A DNA stretch of 35,127 nt from Octopus bimaculoides (taxonomy: Eukaryota), in the NCBI RefSeq assembly GCF_001194135.2, contig NC_068982.1, forward strand, positions 171,852,242 through 171,887,368, given 5' to 3'. A program made the position numbers and the translations under genes. This document shows positions 22,523 to 33,293 of this stretch, in pieces. The notes under the pieces are model-generated. The model had not been told where the DNA came from. It worked only from the letters and a program-made list of their open reading frames with translations, and did not search any database. The stretch's first letter is position 1, and the number at the start of each line of letters is the position of its first letter.

Positions 22523-22718
22523 TGTGTGTCTGTGTTTATCCCCCAGCAACCTTTTATAACCAATACCGGTGTGTTTATGTACCCGTAACTTAACAGTTCG
22601 GCAAAAGATACCGATACAATAAGTCCTGGAGTCGATTTCATCGACTAAAACCCTTTAAAGCGGAGTTCCAGCATGACCGCAGTCAAATGATTGAAACAAA
22701 TAAAAGAATAAAAGAATA
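22523..22718 (+). mobile_element. SINE group A, 3' half
   Basis: GTAACTTAACAGTTCGGCAAAAGATACCG..CAGCATGACCGCAGTCAAATGATTGAAACAAATAAAAGA. Confidence 0.9.
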
Positions 22719-22899
22719 TATATTTATACGCATGCATGTATGTATGTATGTATGTATGTACGTATGTATATATGCATGTATGTCTGTATGTATATTTAGT
22801 AGCAGGCGCGGTTCCACTGTATGGTTACATCAGGTAGCCAATAACTGTGGACGAACTTTGTATAGCATTCTAAAAGGTCAACTCTAAGTCAACTCTAAG

Positions 22900-23095
22900 A
22901 ACGAAAAAACAGAGAAAAAAATAAAAAAGAACAACCGTACGGATGTGCACAACAAGTATTATATTAATTTGACGCTCGGTGAAAGAAGAGAGCTATTGTT
23001 GACGTTTCAAGCATAGCTCTTCATCGGAAGCAGGATTGTTCAAAGAGAAAGAAGGTAAAATAAGGAAAAATCGCCAACAGTTTACGTGCAGTGCA

Positions 23096-23099
<4 letters not shown>
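22900..23099 (-). mobile_element. Probable Penelope-derived non-autonomous element carrying a hammerhead-like motif
   Basis: Motif at 22997-23030; the flank resembles the flank of the 32047 motif. Confidence 0.55.
22997..23030 (-). ncRNA. Minimal type-I hammerhead ribozyme-like motif (U4->C variant)
   Basis: Reverse complement CTTC-CGATGA-A-GAGC-TAT-GCTT-GAAAC-GTC-AAC. Confidence 0.55.
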
Positions 23100-23169
<70 letters not shown>

Positions 23170-24214
23170 GTTCGTTATAGGCATGTATAAGATAAAATCT
23201 TATGTAAAACACTACCAACAATTATAAAAATATGAGAAGAGAAGTTAAAAGTTCAAATTAGAATTTAAATTCCACATACGACCGTTTCAAATGGCAATAC
23301 AAACATGTAAGAAAAACCATTAATTATAATAATAATAATTAAAATAGTTATATATTGCCATTCTCGTCAGTGTAAAAAATTAAAGGAAAACATCAAAAAA
23401 GGTATTACCAAGATAAAATTTAGAAGGAAAAACAAAGCGGTTGTGTCGGGGAAGCTGACCGGATATTTGCAAATAAATTGTAAAAGGGGGGAAAAAGGAA
23501 GAGAAACAGGGACATGTTAATGTATTTTCAAGTCTATCTATGCATAAACATACATAAAATCACACATACACACATATATGTGTGTGTGTGTGTGTGTGTA
23601 TATGCACACTATAATACACGTTATACCCATTGTGTGCAAGCGAACGTATGCATGCGTGAGTATATAATAGGAATCTAGTATTGCAATTTAGAGAATTTCA
23701 AAATGCTGCAGATTCAGATTAAATTGTAAATTATAAATTTAATATAAATTTAATTTCAAAATTTAAAGGCAGAGATAGAATTAGGGGGTGATTAGTCAGT
23801 ATAAATTAGCATTCAAACCCTTTAACAGTTAGATTAATGAGAGATTATATTAATGAAGGTATGATGGGTTTTAAATTTTATGTACAGATTATGCAGTGTT
23901 TCACTCGCAGCAGATGCATAATCAAATAAGGGTTCGAAGAACAAAGGATGTAGTTAAATTAAGATTGTAATGCAATAGGGTTTTTGCCTGTAATAAAAGG
24001 ATACATTCAAGTGAGAAATTCAGCAAAAAGGGGAAAACGTGTGAATTTACATTGTTGATTTGGTAAAAGATAATGTCATTGGATATGAGGAAAATGAGTG
24101 TAGTGTAAAGAGATTAATCGATTATATATTTCGTCTAGAAGCTTATTTGAATATATACCTGCGCGCATGCACAGAAACACGCATACACACACACACACGT
24201 GCGCACATACACAA

Positions 24215-24247
<33 letters not shown>

Positions 24248-24263
24248 AATATATATATATATA

Positions 24264-24321
<58 letters not shown>

Positions 24322-24324
24322 AGA

Positions 24325-24609
24325 TGGTGCTTGGCGTATTGTTTAGAATCTTACACTCACGATCGCTAGAGCGAAGGTTCGATTACAAGACAGAGCTGCG
24401 CTTATGTTCTTGAGCAAAACACTTCATTTCATGTTGCTCCAGTCCTCCTTTCGGTCAGGGGTGAACGTTGGCCTGTTCGCCTAGCTATCGGAGTTGCAGC
24501 ATTCGAAGGGAAAAACTATGCAAAAGCGCATGGTGGCCAGCGATGTGTAACATCATCTGATTCCATCGTTGTATGTACACATTTGATGTAATCACGGTCA
24601 CGTGATTAC
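24325..24609 (+). mobile_element. tRNA-derived SINE group D (degenerate)
   Basis: GGTTCGATTAC B-box-like, then TTCTTGAGCAAAACACTTCATTTCATGTTGCTCCAGTCC central domain; ends in a GTAATCACG-gtca-CGTGATTAC hairpin. Confidence 0.7.
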
Positions 24610-24630
24610 CTCATATATGTACACACATAT

Positions 24631-24791
24631 GTGTTTTTAAATGGCTGCAACTGCTTTTGTTTCAGCACACGATCTCGGATCAAGTCACTCCGTAATATTT
24701 ATTATTCTTATACAAGAACGTTGTTGACAGTATTTCGAATTTTCGACGATGGCTTAGCTGGCCAAAATTTTGAAGTCACTGTCAACAACAT
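24631..24791 (+). repeat. Copy 1 of an inverted-duplicated element with a terminal 70-bp hairpin
   Basis: Aligns by eye to the reverse complement of 25466-25647; arms GTTGTTGACAGT (24720-24731) and ACTGTCAACAAC (24778-24789). Confidence 0.88.
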
Positions 24792-24804
24792 ATACACATT
24801 GTTA

Positions 24805-24896
24805 GACCTGGGGCTGCAGTGGTGCTGTGCAGGGCGAACTAAGCCTACAACCATGCGACTGCAAAAAGAAGTGGTCAATCATACAGCTATGCCATT
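24805..24896 (-). mobile_element. Degenerate head of SINE group A
   Basis: Reverse complement GGCATAGCTGTATGATTG..GCATGGTTGTAGGCTTAGTTCGCCCTGC resembles the group A head. Confidence 0.5.
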
Positions 24897-25117
24897 AGGT
24901 TTTCTTTGCTGAATGAAACAAAACGATGCAGAAACACATGCGACGTCTGATCCAATGATTTCAATCACTCACTCCTCCACCCCTCACTCCCCCAAAAAAC
25001 CTATTTACACACGTTCAGGTGGAGAATTTTCTCTCATGACTACTACCGCAGCGGAAGAGTCTCGTCACGTCCGAGCACACTCGAACGTTTTAATATGACT
25101 TTATATTAATGTATATA

Positions 25118-25301
25118 TACATACACACACGCACGCAAGCATACATACATACATACATACATACATACATACATACATACATGCATACATACATGCATAC
25201 ATACATTTACATACATACATACATACAAGCATACAAACTTATACATGCATACATACATGCATGCATTCATACATACATACATACATACATACATACATAC
25301 A

Positions 25302-25330
<29 letters not shown>
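25118..25330 (+). repeat. (CATA)n tetranucleotide microsatellite
   Basis: Direct reading. Confidence 0.97.
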
Positions 25331-25332
<2 letters not shown>

Positions 25333-25465
25333 GTATATAGATATGTATAATATATAAATGTATTAATTTTTGTTTTTATATTCAGTTACAATAAAAACAA
25401 TTTTACATTAATCTGATGAGTTACTCTGTACTTTTGTAGAGTACAAATAATTATTCTTATCAAAC

Positions 25466-25647
25466 AATGTTGTTGACAGTGACTTCGAAATTTTGGCCAG
25501 CTAAGCCATCGTCGAAACTTCGAAACACTGTCAACAACATTCTTTTATAAGAATAATCAATATTACAGAGATGTACTTGCATAGCAATTGACTTGATCTG
25601 ATATCGTGGGCTGAAACAAAAACAATTGAAGCTATTTAAAAACACAC
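25466..25647 (-). repeat. Copy 2 of the inverted-duplicated element; 16-bp perfect hairpin arms
   Basis: AATGTTGTTGACAGTG (25466-25481) and CACTGTCAACAACATT (25526-25541). Confidence 0.88.
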
Positions 25648-25839
25648 ACAAAAAACCGTTAGATTCACTTCAACATTTAAATTTAATTTGTGTCAAAATA
25701 TTTTCGTCGCTTGGAAACCGCGACCTGTTCACTGACAAAACTTCGTGCTCCATGACGAAGTTTTATCAATGGTTTCAAAGCGACGAAAATATCTTGACAC
25801 AAATTAAATTTTGAAGTGAATCTAACGGTTTTTGTGTGT
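25644..25839. mobile_element. About 195-bp palindromic MITE-like element
   Basis: Arms CACACAAAAAACCGTTAGATTCACTTCAA..AATTTAATTTGTGTCAAAATATTTTCGTCGCTT.GAAACC versus GGTTTCAAAGCGACGAAAATATCTTGACACAAATTAAATTTTGAAGTGAATCTAACGGTTTTTGTGTG; inner stem AAAACTTCGT/ACGAAGTTTT. Confidence 0.85.
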
Positions 25840-25875
25840 ATAAACCCCTTCCACGCTGCAATTGTTAATAAGAAA

Positions 25876-26270
25876 TATTACTGGCACTCCGTCGGTTACG
25901 ACGACGAGTGTTCAAGTTGATCCACTCAACGGAACAGCCTGCTTGTGAAATTAAGGTGCAAGTGGTTGAGCACTCCACAGACACGTGTACCCTTAACGTA
26001 GTTCTCGGGGAGATTCAGCGTGACACAGTGTGACACAGCGTGACACAAGGCTGGTCATTTGAAATACAGGTACAAGAGAAACAGGAAGAAAGAGTGAGAT
26101 AAATTTGTGGTGAAAGAGTACAGTAGGATTCGCCAGCACCTCCTGCCGGAGCTTCGTGGAACTGTATGTGTTTTGCTCAATAAACACTCAAAACACCCGG
26201 TCTAGGAATCGAAACCACGATCCCACAAGCGCGAGTCCGCTGCCCTTACCACTAGGCCTTACCACCTCCA
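25876..26270 (-). mobile_element. Full-length tRNA-derived SINE group B
   Basis: Reverse complement of the 688-945 element plus complete tail; A box TAGTGG and B box GGTTTCGATTCC. Confidence 0.92.
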
Positions 26271-27512
26271 CAATAAGAAATACAATATATGAACATATAT
26301 ACACACTGATATATATACATACGCACACACTCACACACATGTGTATATATGTGTGTGTGTATCTCTCTCTCCCTCGATATGTGTGTTTGTGCGTGTGCAT
26401 GTGTTCGTGTGTGTGTATGTGTGTATTTATGTATGTATAAATGTATGTATGTATGTATTTACGCATGTATGCCTTAGAATTTCAGGTAGATGTGATTACA
26501 CGTTAGGTAGAAATAGTGATGGTTCAGTTATAAACTAGAGACGGAGTGCGGTACGGAGTGTTTAAAAAGGGCAAAAAAAAAAACCGTTTGCAACATTCAA
26601 GCGGATTAATGAAATAACTAACGTTCGGTGAAAATGCATCATATTAGATGCAAGAGAAAGGTTATCGAGGCATTTAACGTGCTGGGGTTAAATTCGTCAC
26701 TAACTATTTAGTAACAGGGTTGGAAAAGCAGTGAGTCATGCTGTAAGCGATGTTGCACAGTACAATACTAATAAAATACCATTGTTAACGACTTTGCGCT
26801 TATTTCAATTAAAAGGGAAATGTACTAAAAAGAAAGTGGGATTAAGAGTTTCGGGAACTTATGGGGGTCATATCAATGTCCTGTAAGCATATAAAAGGAA
26901 TTATTACTATTGTACGGGTAGATACATTCATTAAGTATTTCGTGGGGAAAATAAATACGACTAATTCGTAATCAGTGTTGGTTATAGTATGTCGTATTAC
27001 ACATAAGTACACGCCTGAATATTCACACATAATACTTCGCATTCAATCACACAAAATCGGATATTTTGACTCTTCTGATATTGTCACTTTCCCTTTCCAC
27101 TTCAGCAGCTTCCGGCGGTTTTTATGTGCTCGACTGATTCCATTTGATTTATTGTTTGACTAAGCCACCATTGTCGAAACTTTGGTGTGACTGTCAGTTA
27201 TCTTCTGAATATTTATTTGATTCAACACATTCTCTGAGTTAGTTCACCTAATATTTGTTGTATTTATGTAAACGCTTTATGTCTCTCTCTCTCTCTCTCT
27301 CTCTCCCTNNNNNNNNNNNNNNNNNNNNNNNNNNNNNNNNNNNNNNNNNNNNNNNNNNNNNNNNNNNNNNNNNNNNNNNNNNNNNNNNNNNNNNNNNNNN
27401 NNNNNNNNNNNNNNNNNNNNNNNNNNNNNNNNNNNNNNNNNNNNNNNNNNNNNNNNNNNNNNNNNNNNNNNNNNNNNNNNNNNNNNNNNNNNNNNNNNNN
27501 NNNNNNNNNNNN

Positions 27513-27547
<35 letters not shown>

Positions 27548-27584
27548 GAGAGAGACAGAGAGCGAGAGAAAGAGACTTTGTTAG

Positions 27585-28370
27585 GCACTTCTGGTCATCT
27601 CAAAAGCGACATGTGATGATTACATCAAAGGCTGTTTGAAATCGTCACATTTGTGAAGATATGTTAACAAACAAGAGAGTTTACCTTCACAAAAGCTAAG
27701 ACACACCTGATTTTACTTTACGACTTTTGAAAGAAGAAGAAAAGAAGAAAAGTTCCTGATAAAACTTAGTGAAAATTGGAATATATTGATGGCTGGCTGA
27801 TATTAGCGAATTAAAGTAATCCGTTGACAAACTAAAAACTAAAGTATTTCTCAATTTTGAACACCACTACCATTATTACAAATAGTTCTATAAATGAACA
27901 AATACCCCAAATGATAAAGCTTTTAAAAAGATCAATGAAAGTTATCTAAAGTTGCATGGAGATAAATTCGTTTATAAATCTATAGACACTGTTTTAGATC
28001 ACGAATAATCTGTGAATTACTTAACCGAATTTAGTAGAGCGATCTAGTGTATCACCCTGATACCGATTGTTTTTCTTGCAATGTTACTATAAATGAAAGC
28101 AACAGTACTGACTAGTGGTACTCCACGTGAGGATTTGTTAATCCCCAAAATTTCAATTATTCCCGGCATCACCCCTTTTGAATATGAAAAGCTGTCGTTC
28201 CCAATTAATGCATGATTTGCCTTTTCCATCAATAAATCCTATGAGCAATATTAAAAAGATTTGGATAACAAGTCGAAGATCTCTGCTCCTTCTGTGAACA
28301 GTTATGACACGACATTACAAATGTGAGAACGAAAAGACTTCAACAAGTGAAAAGAACATAATTTAGATAT
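27585..28370 (+). pseudogene. Degenerate Helitron RepHel (PIF1-like helicase) C-terminal fragment
   Basis: Peptides LLVISKATCDDYIKGCLKSSHL*RYV, YKSIDTVLDHE*SVNYLTEF, DLLIPKISIIPGITPFEYEKLSFPINA*FAFSINKSYEQ, CSFCEQL; these match the canonical Helitron IPRIPLIP..F.F.RLQFP..LAFA.SINKAQGQ..FSHGQLY series. Confidence 0.85.
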
Positions 28371-30231
28371 ATCGAAACTTCATTCACTACAATATACTAT
28401 GCATGAGTATATGTGAACATAGAGAGACACACAACACAGACACACACACACACTTCTACTAGTTCCCGCTATTTGGTTGTGGTCATACTAGTTGACTATG
28501 CAGTAAAAAATACAAATCTTTGTCAGAATTGCTATATAAACGTGTTTTAGTATATATGTCTACGTTCGTGTGCGTATGTATACACAGATATGTGTACGCA
28601 CACTTCCTATCTATGCTGTCTGTCTGGGTGTTTTCTATTATCGTATGTAAGTAAGCGTCACCGATGACATTTCTAGAACATTCCGGTCGGTCGGAAAGAT
28701 TAAAAAAAAAAAAACTGTTGAACAAGCCTAAAGAAGAAATTAATACATGAAGAATGCAAACTTAATGTAAATAAACTGTAACAATAAACACCGTAAAACA
28801 ATATAGAACTATATAAATCAATAATAACACATAACAACAATAAGATAAACATTAAAGCGACAGCAGCAACAGCAATAATATGGAAGACAAGTGTTGGATA
28901 TTAGACAAAAACTCACACACCCGGATTTCGTTAGTGTTACAATGCTCTGTTTGTTCTCTCCCTCTACCTCTCTCTCTCTCTCTCACTTCTGAATCCCCAA
29001 TGTTCCTCTCCTCTCTTTCTATTTATACCTTCCGTCTCTTTTACTCTCTGCATCTGTCATTTTCAGTTTGGCTTTATAAGAATATATATGCTTGTACCTG
29101 TGTGTTTACGTATTTGCAGTTATTCATATAAAAATATTTAAAAAAAACAACACAATATATCAGTCGTTTGGTTGGTTGTTGATTTTCATGGTAAGGGAGA
29201 CAATCATCTTATGTAGAATCCATATTTTATTTTATTTTGTCGTTAATGAAGCGAAAGGAATTATATACATTAACTTTATGCGTTGATTCAACTTAATTTT
29301 CTTTCTTCTATTTTTTCTTTTTATCGTAATCCTTAGAATTTATGTTTAGTTACTATTTCGATTTAGTTGGGTCTCATCGGTACAACGTTGAGCGGAATCT
29401 TGGGACTATTAAATATTGCATTATATCAAATTATTAACTTTATAGAAAGGAAAATGCGAAATAAGAAAGGTGTGTAATGACGTCATTATCGCTCGGGTTT
29501 TGTCGTAAGAAGAGATGAAACGGGAATATTAAATGACGATTGAGCGAAAAATAAGTTACCGAAATATTTACTTTAAAACTTCGCTCGGAAACATAGCAAC
29601 ATGATCATTACAATTTTTAAGTGGCCAACTTCTTATGCAAGCGGGCGATACATATTCTATTTATATTTAATCATATATATACAATGTTCTTACTTTTCTA
29701 AATTTCGTGTGTCATCACGAAGCGTAGCAATTTCTGGAATATTGAAAGCAAAAGAGCTATAATTTAAATATGTACAAAGTTATACATTACATAAACTGGG
29801 GCAACATCACAGTTCCAATTAATAGATACTAAATTAGATATCTACTAAAATTGCTCTAAATATTAGTCTTCATGTTGAACATGTATATAAGAATCATTGG
29901 CCGAGAGAAGGAAGTATTTTTGCCCGAGATTGTCATTTGTACAAGTGCGGACTAGCATGAAAGAAGAGAAAAAAATCACGGTTGACTGGGAAATAAATAA
30001 ACGGAGAATGCATTAATAATTTCAGTTATACATCTTTAGTCATCCTTATTGTTTACATTATTGTTACAATATCAAATGATTTGTCACAGGTTTTGTGTAT
30101 CGAGAAACTGCAGTATTCTATGTATTGCAACACATACACACATATATGCACATGTGTGTGTTTGTATGAGTGAATCTATAAGCACACATGCATAGATAGC
30201 GTATACATAGATATACATACATACCAGACTT

Positions 30232-30332
30232 TAAAACGTACTTGGGTCGATTCATTCGTATAAAAGACTCTTCAAGGCGGTGCTTCAGCATGGCTGCAGT
30301 CTAATGTTTGAAACAAGTAAAAGATAAAAGTC
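30232..30332 (+). mobile_element. SINE group A tail fragment
   Basis: TTGGGTCGATTCATTCG..GGCGGTGCTTCAGCATGGCTGCAGTCTAATGTTTGAAACAAGTAAAAGA. Confidence 0.88.
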
Positions 30333-30888
30333 ATATAAGTATGAGTATGAATATTAGTATTTGAGATACAGACAACTCAGAAGATGGATATTATGATGCA
30401 GTGAACTTATTTACTTATCTAGTGAACATGTTTGGTGTAAGTATAACGTGGATCGCTTTCCACCTCCGACCTAAAATGGTGTGACGTTTCGGTAAAGAGT
30501 CTATTTAATTATAAATGTGCTTTGTGTGGAGTGTAAATATTAAGCTTCCATTTAGTTATAAAACATTCACAAACTGTTTCTCGAACATCGCCCAGTCAGT
30601 GGGTGTAGAACCTGAAATACAAACTGAGCGGTTGTTTATACCAGTAGATGATGATGTTACAAGTCACAATATGGAAAACATCTCTCATGATTTTACCTTC
30701 CATGTATATTTGTGTATGACTGTGTGCGTGTATGTGAGTATACATACATACATATGTGTGTGCGCGTGTTTCTGTGTCTATGTAGTTCGTACATTATTTC
30801 AACAGAACTTTTCTGCAGGTTTGTTTAAGCATGTTTGTAAACAACATGTGGTTAGAAGATAGAATAGTTTAAAGCAACCATTCTTTAC

Positions 30889-31001
30889 TTCAGCTGGGTT
30901 TGCCCTGGCTTGGGTCAAGTCGGGTCGCAATGTGTATTGGATTTGTGTTAGCTGTTTGACGTAGTAACGGACAGCTGTAGAGAATGTTTCCATAAGCGCC
31001 T
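30889..31001 (-). other. Candidate host-gene exon (113 bp), product unknown
   Basis: Pyrimidine-rich acceptor TTAATTTCTGTCTATATTTCCAAACAG, donor AA|GTAAAG, open frame ALMETFSTAVRYYVKQLTQIQYTLRPDLTQARANPAE; about 50% GC. No recognisable homology. Confidence 0.3.
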
Positions 31002-31115
31002 CTGTTTGGAAATATAGACAGAAATTAAGGTTCGGCTATTGAAATAAAATAGCGATACTGTAAACATTGGTACAGGTTTGATTGTGTGCATATACAGCGT
31101 GCATATACAGCGTGT

Positions 31116-31450
31116 CCCCTTGAGTAGGTGTTTTCTACTATAGGCCTGGGCCGACCAAAGCCTAGTGAGTGAATTAGGTAGACGGAAACTGAAAGAAACC
31201 CGTTATATATATATGTATATATATATATATATATATATNNNNNNNNNNNNNNNNNNNNNNNNNNNNNNNNNNNNNNNNNNNNNNNNNNNNNNNNNNNNNN
31301 NNNNNNNNNNNNNNNNNNNNNNNNNNNNNNNNNNNNNNNNNNNNNNNNNNNNNNNNNNNNNNNNNNNNNNNNNNNNNNNNNNNNNNNNNNNNNNGGGAGT
31401 GCCCTAGCACGGCTGCAGTCTCACGTCTGAAACAGTTGAATGTTAAAAGA
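31116..31450 (+). mobile_element. SINE group A spanning a gap (31239-31394) in its internal microsatellite
   Basis: GGCCGACCAAAGCC..GACGGAAACTGAAAGAAACCCG before the gap; GTGCCCTAGCACGGCTGCAGTC..CTGAAAC tail after it. Confidence 0.85.
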
Positions 31451-31469
31451 GATTATATATAGATATAAT

Positions 31470-31660
31470 ACAAAGAATATGTATGCAAGTATACCCACAT
31501 ATATGTACATACTTACATCTACATGTGTATATAGATGCATATCAGGGTACAGGACGTTAGAAAAATGAACTACAGACAACGGAATGAACACATAGGAAAA
31601 CAGATAGCCACTTGGAATTAATCCTTCGTCAGCTGCCTCTATTCTAACTAGACGCTTCGA
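31470..31660 (-). mobile_element. Probable Penelope-derived non-autonomous fragment abutting (TA)n
   Basis: Contains the half-hammerhead CTGACGA-A-GGA-TTAAT-TCC on the minus strand. Confidence 0.45.
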
Positions 31661-31698
<38 letters not shown>

Positions 31699-31754
31699 CA
31701 AAAAGAGATAATAAAGCCAAGGCTGTGAGGAGTTTTCAAAACATTTATATAGAT

Positions 31755-31808
31755 ATAGTCTAACACCTGTTTCTGGGATATTCTGGATATCCCCTCATCA
31801 GAGACGAT
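31755..31808 (-). ncRNA. Minimal type-I hammerhead ribozyme-like motif
   Basis: Reverse complement ATC-GTCT-CTGATGA-G-GGGATAT-CCAGA-ATATCCC-A-GAAA-CAGGTG-TT-AGAC-TAT: intact CUGAUGA and GAAA, 7-bp stem II, stem I GTCT/AGAC. Confidence 0.72.
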
Positions 31809-31929
31809 GTGGGATGGTTAAATAGAGGTAAATGTTTGAGTCCGAAATGAGGAATTATTATGGAAAAGGAGGAGATAGGGAATATAGAGGGTAAAAAGAG
31901 AATGAAAGTAGAAATAAAATACCACTACT

Positions 31930-32162
31930 TTATTATCTCCCCATCTTCCTAGTTCTCCTGTGTGACCCCGCTGTCCGGCATTCGCTTTGATAGATCGCTA
32001 GCCACTACACATTCTTTATTTTCTCTCCTTGTTTCTTTCTGTGTTCCTTTCTGTGGAAGACCGTAGGCTCGAAACGTTAAAGACTTTTTCACTTCCCGAG
32101 CATTGAACTAATACATCTGTTTGTTGTCTACACCACCTGTCTTCGTCTTTTGTGAATTCTTC

Positions 32163-32165
<3 letters not shown>
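31930..32165 (+). mobile_element. Probable Penelope-derived non-autonomous element abutting (TA)n
   Basis: Pyrimidine-rich body with hammerhead-like motif at 32047-32082. Confidence 0.55.
32047..32082 (+). ncRNA. Degenerate minimal hammerhead-like motif
   Basis: CTTT-CTGTGGA-A-GACC-GTAG-GCTC-GAAAC-GTT-AAAG; stem I CTTT/AAAG, core A6 substituted, stem II imperfect. Confidence 0.5.
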
Positions 32166-32198
<33 letters not shown>

Positions 32199-32887
32199 GT
32201 TTACATTTGCACAAAATATATAGACAGACACACAAAGCAACAAATGATTTTTGTTGTTTTACAATAGTGCCTAGCAATACAAATTGTTTTTGCACGACAA
32301 CAATTTCCCAAAAGCTTTGTTAATAACGTTTTTATTAATTAACTCTTCATACTAACTTATTACCATGAGACATAAATTCGAGAGTTTAAATGAATCTACG
32401 TTGACACTATGTTGCACCTCTACAATTTAGCATAGACAGTTTTAATATTGTTGGATGTAAGCTGATTTGAGTGACATAATTAAGAGGCAGAGATGTGAAT
32501 TGAATCATGTTTACACTAATTTTCTCTCCCACTTGGTGATGAAGAGGAAACGACGTATTCACTACGTACTTAGCACCATACGGATAACGGCGATTTAATC
32601 CTTGTCTTCAATAACTTGAAGCTTTAACTCGGAGTTTATCTATTTTTCTGATCGTTTTTATAAAGCATTCCATTTCCTTACATGGTAAATGTGTCTTGCA
32701 TGCTTACGAACTTAACACATTTGTAATAGCACCATTTTTCAAATTCTGTACTTGTTCCACATCATAAAGGGATATTTTCATGACGATATATATTTTGATT
32801 TGCACCAAAGTGTTTCCATTGATAAACTCTCTCATATACTCTGTGTATAAACACATGCGTGTGCAGATGAGCATTTGAATGTGTATA

Positions 32888-33100
32888 TTCTTTTATTCTT
32901 TTATTTGTTTCAGTCATTTGACTGCAGCCATGCTGGAGCACCACTTCTAGTCGAGCAAATCGACCCCAGGACTTATTCTTTATAAGCCTAGTACTTATTC
33001 CATCGTTCTCTTTTGCCGAACCGCTAAGTGACGGGGACGTAAACATACCAGCATATCGGTTGTCAAGCGATGTTGGGCGGACAAACACAGACACACAAAC

Positions 33101-33198
<98 letters not shown>

Positions 33199-33258
33199 AT
33201 GTATGTATGTATATACGACAGGCTTCTTTCAGTTTCCGTCTATTAAAATTCAATCATT
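32888..33258 (-). mobile_element. SINE group A, 5'-truncated, with long internal (TA)n(TG)n
   Basis: TTTGTTTCAGTCATTTGACTGCAGCCATGCTGGAGCACC..GGCTTCTTTCAGTTTCCGTCT. Confidence 0.92.
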
Positions 33259-33293
33259 GGTTTAATAGTTAATAAGAGATTAAATAAATGCAA

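Noticed and set aside
24631-24912. Paralogous small proteins (with 25460..25651)
   Set aside because: The similarity reflects an inverted non-coding repeat; TTG/GTG starts and no coding signal.
27081-27170. Strong plus-strand acceptor (TTTCCCTTTCCACTTCAG)
   Set aside because: All three frames close within about 60 nt and no good donor follows; cannot support an exon.
30476-30510. Half hammerhead (minus strand TTTACC-GAAACGTC-ACACC)
   Set aside because: No CUGANGA strand upstream; at best a truncated remnant.
32535-32560. GGTGATGAAGAGGAAACG as a hammerhead
   Set aside because: No C3-U4 and no stem II between the core strands.
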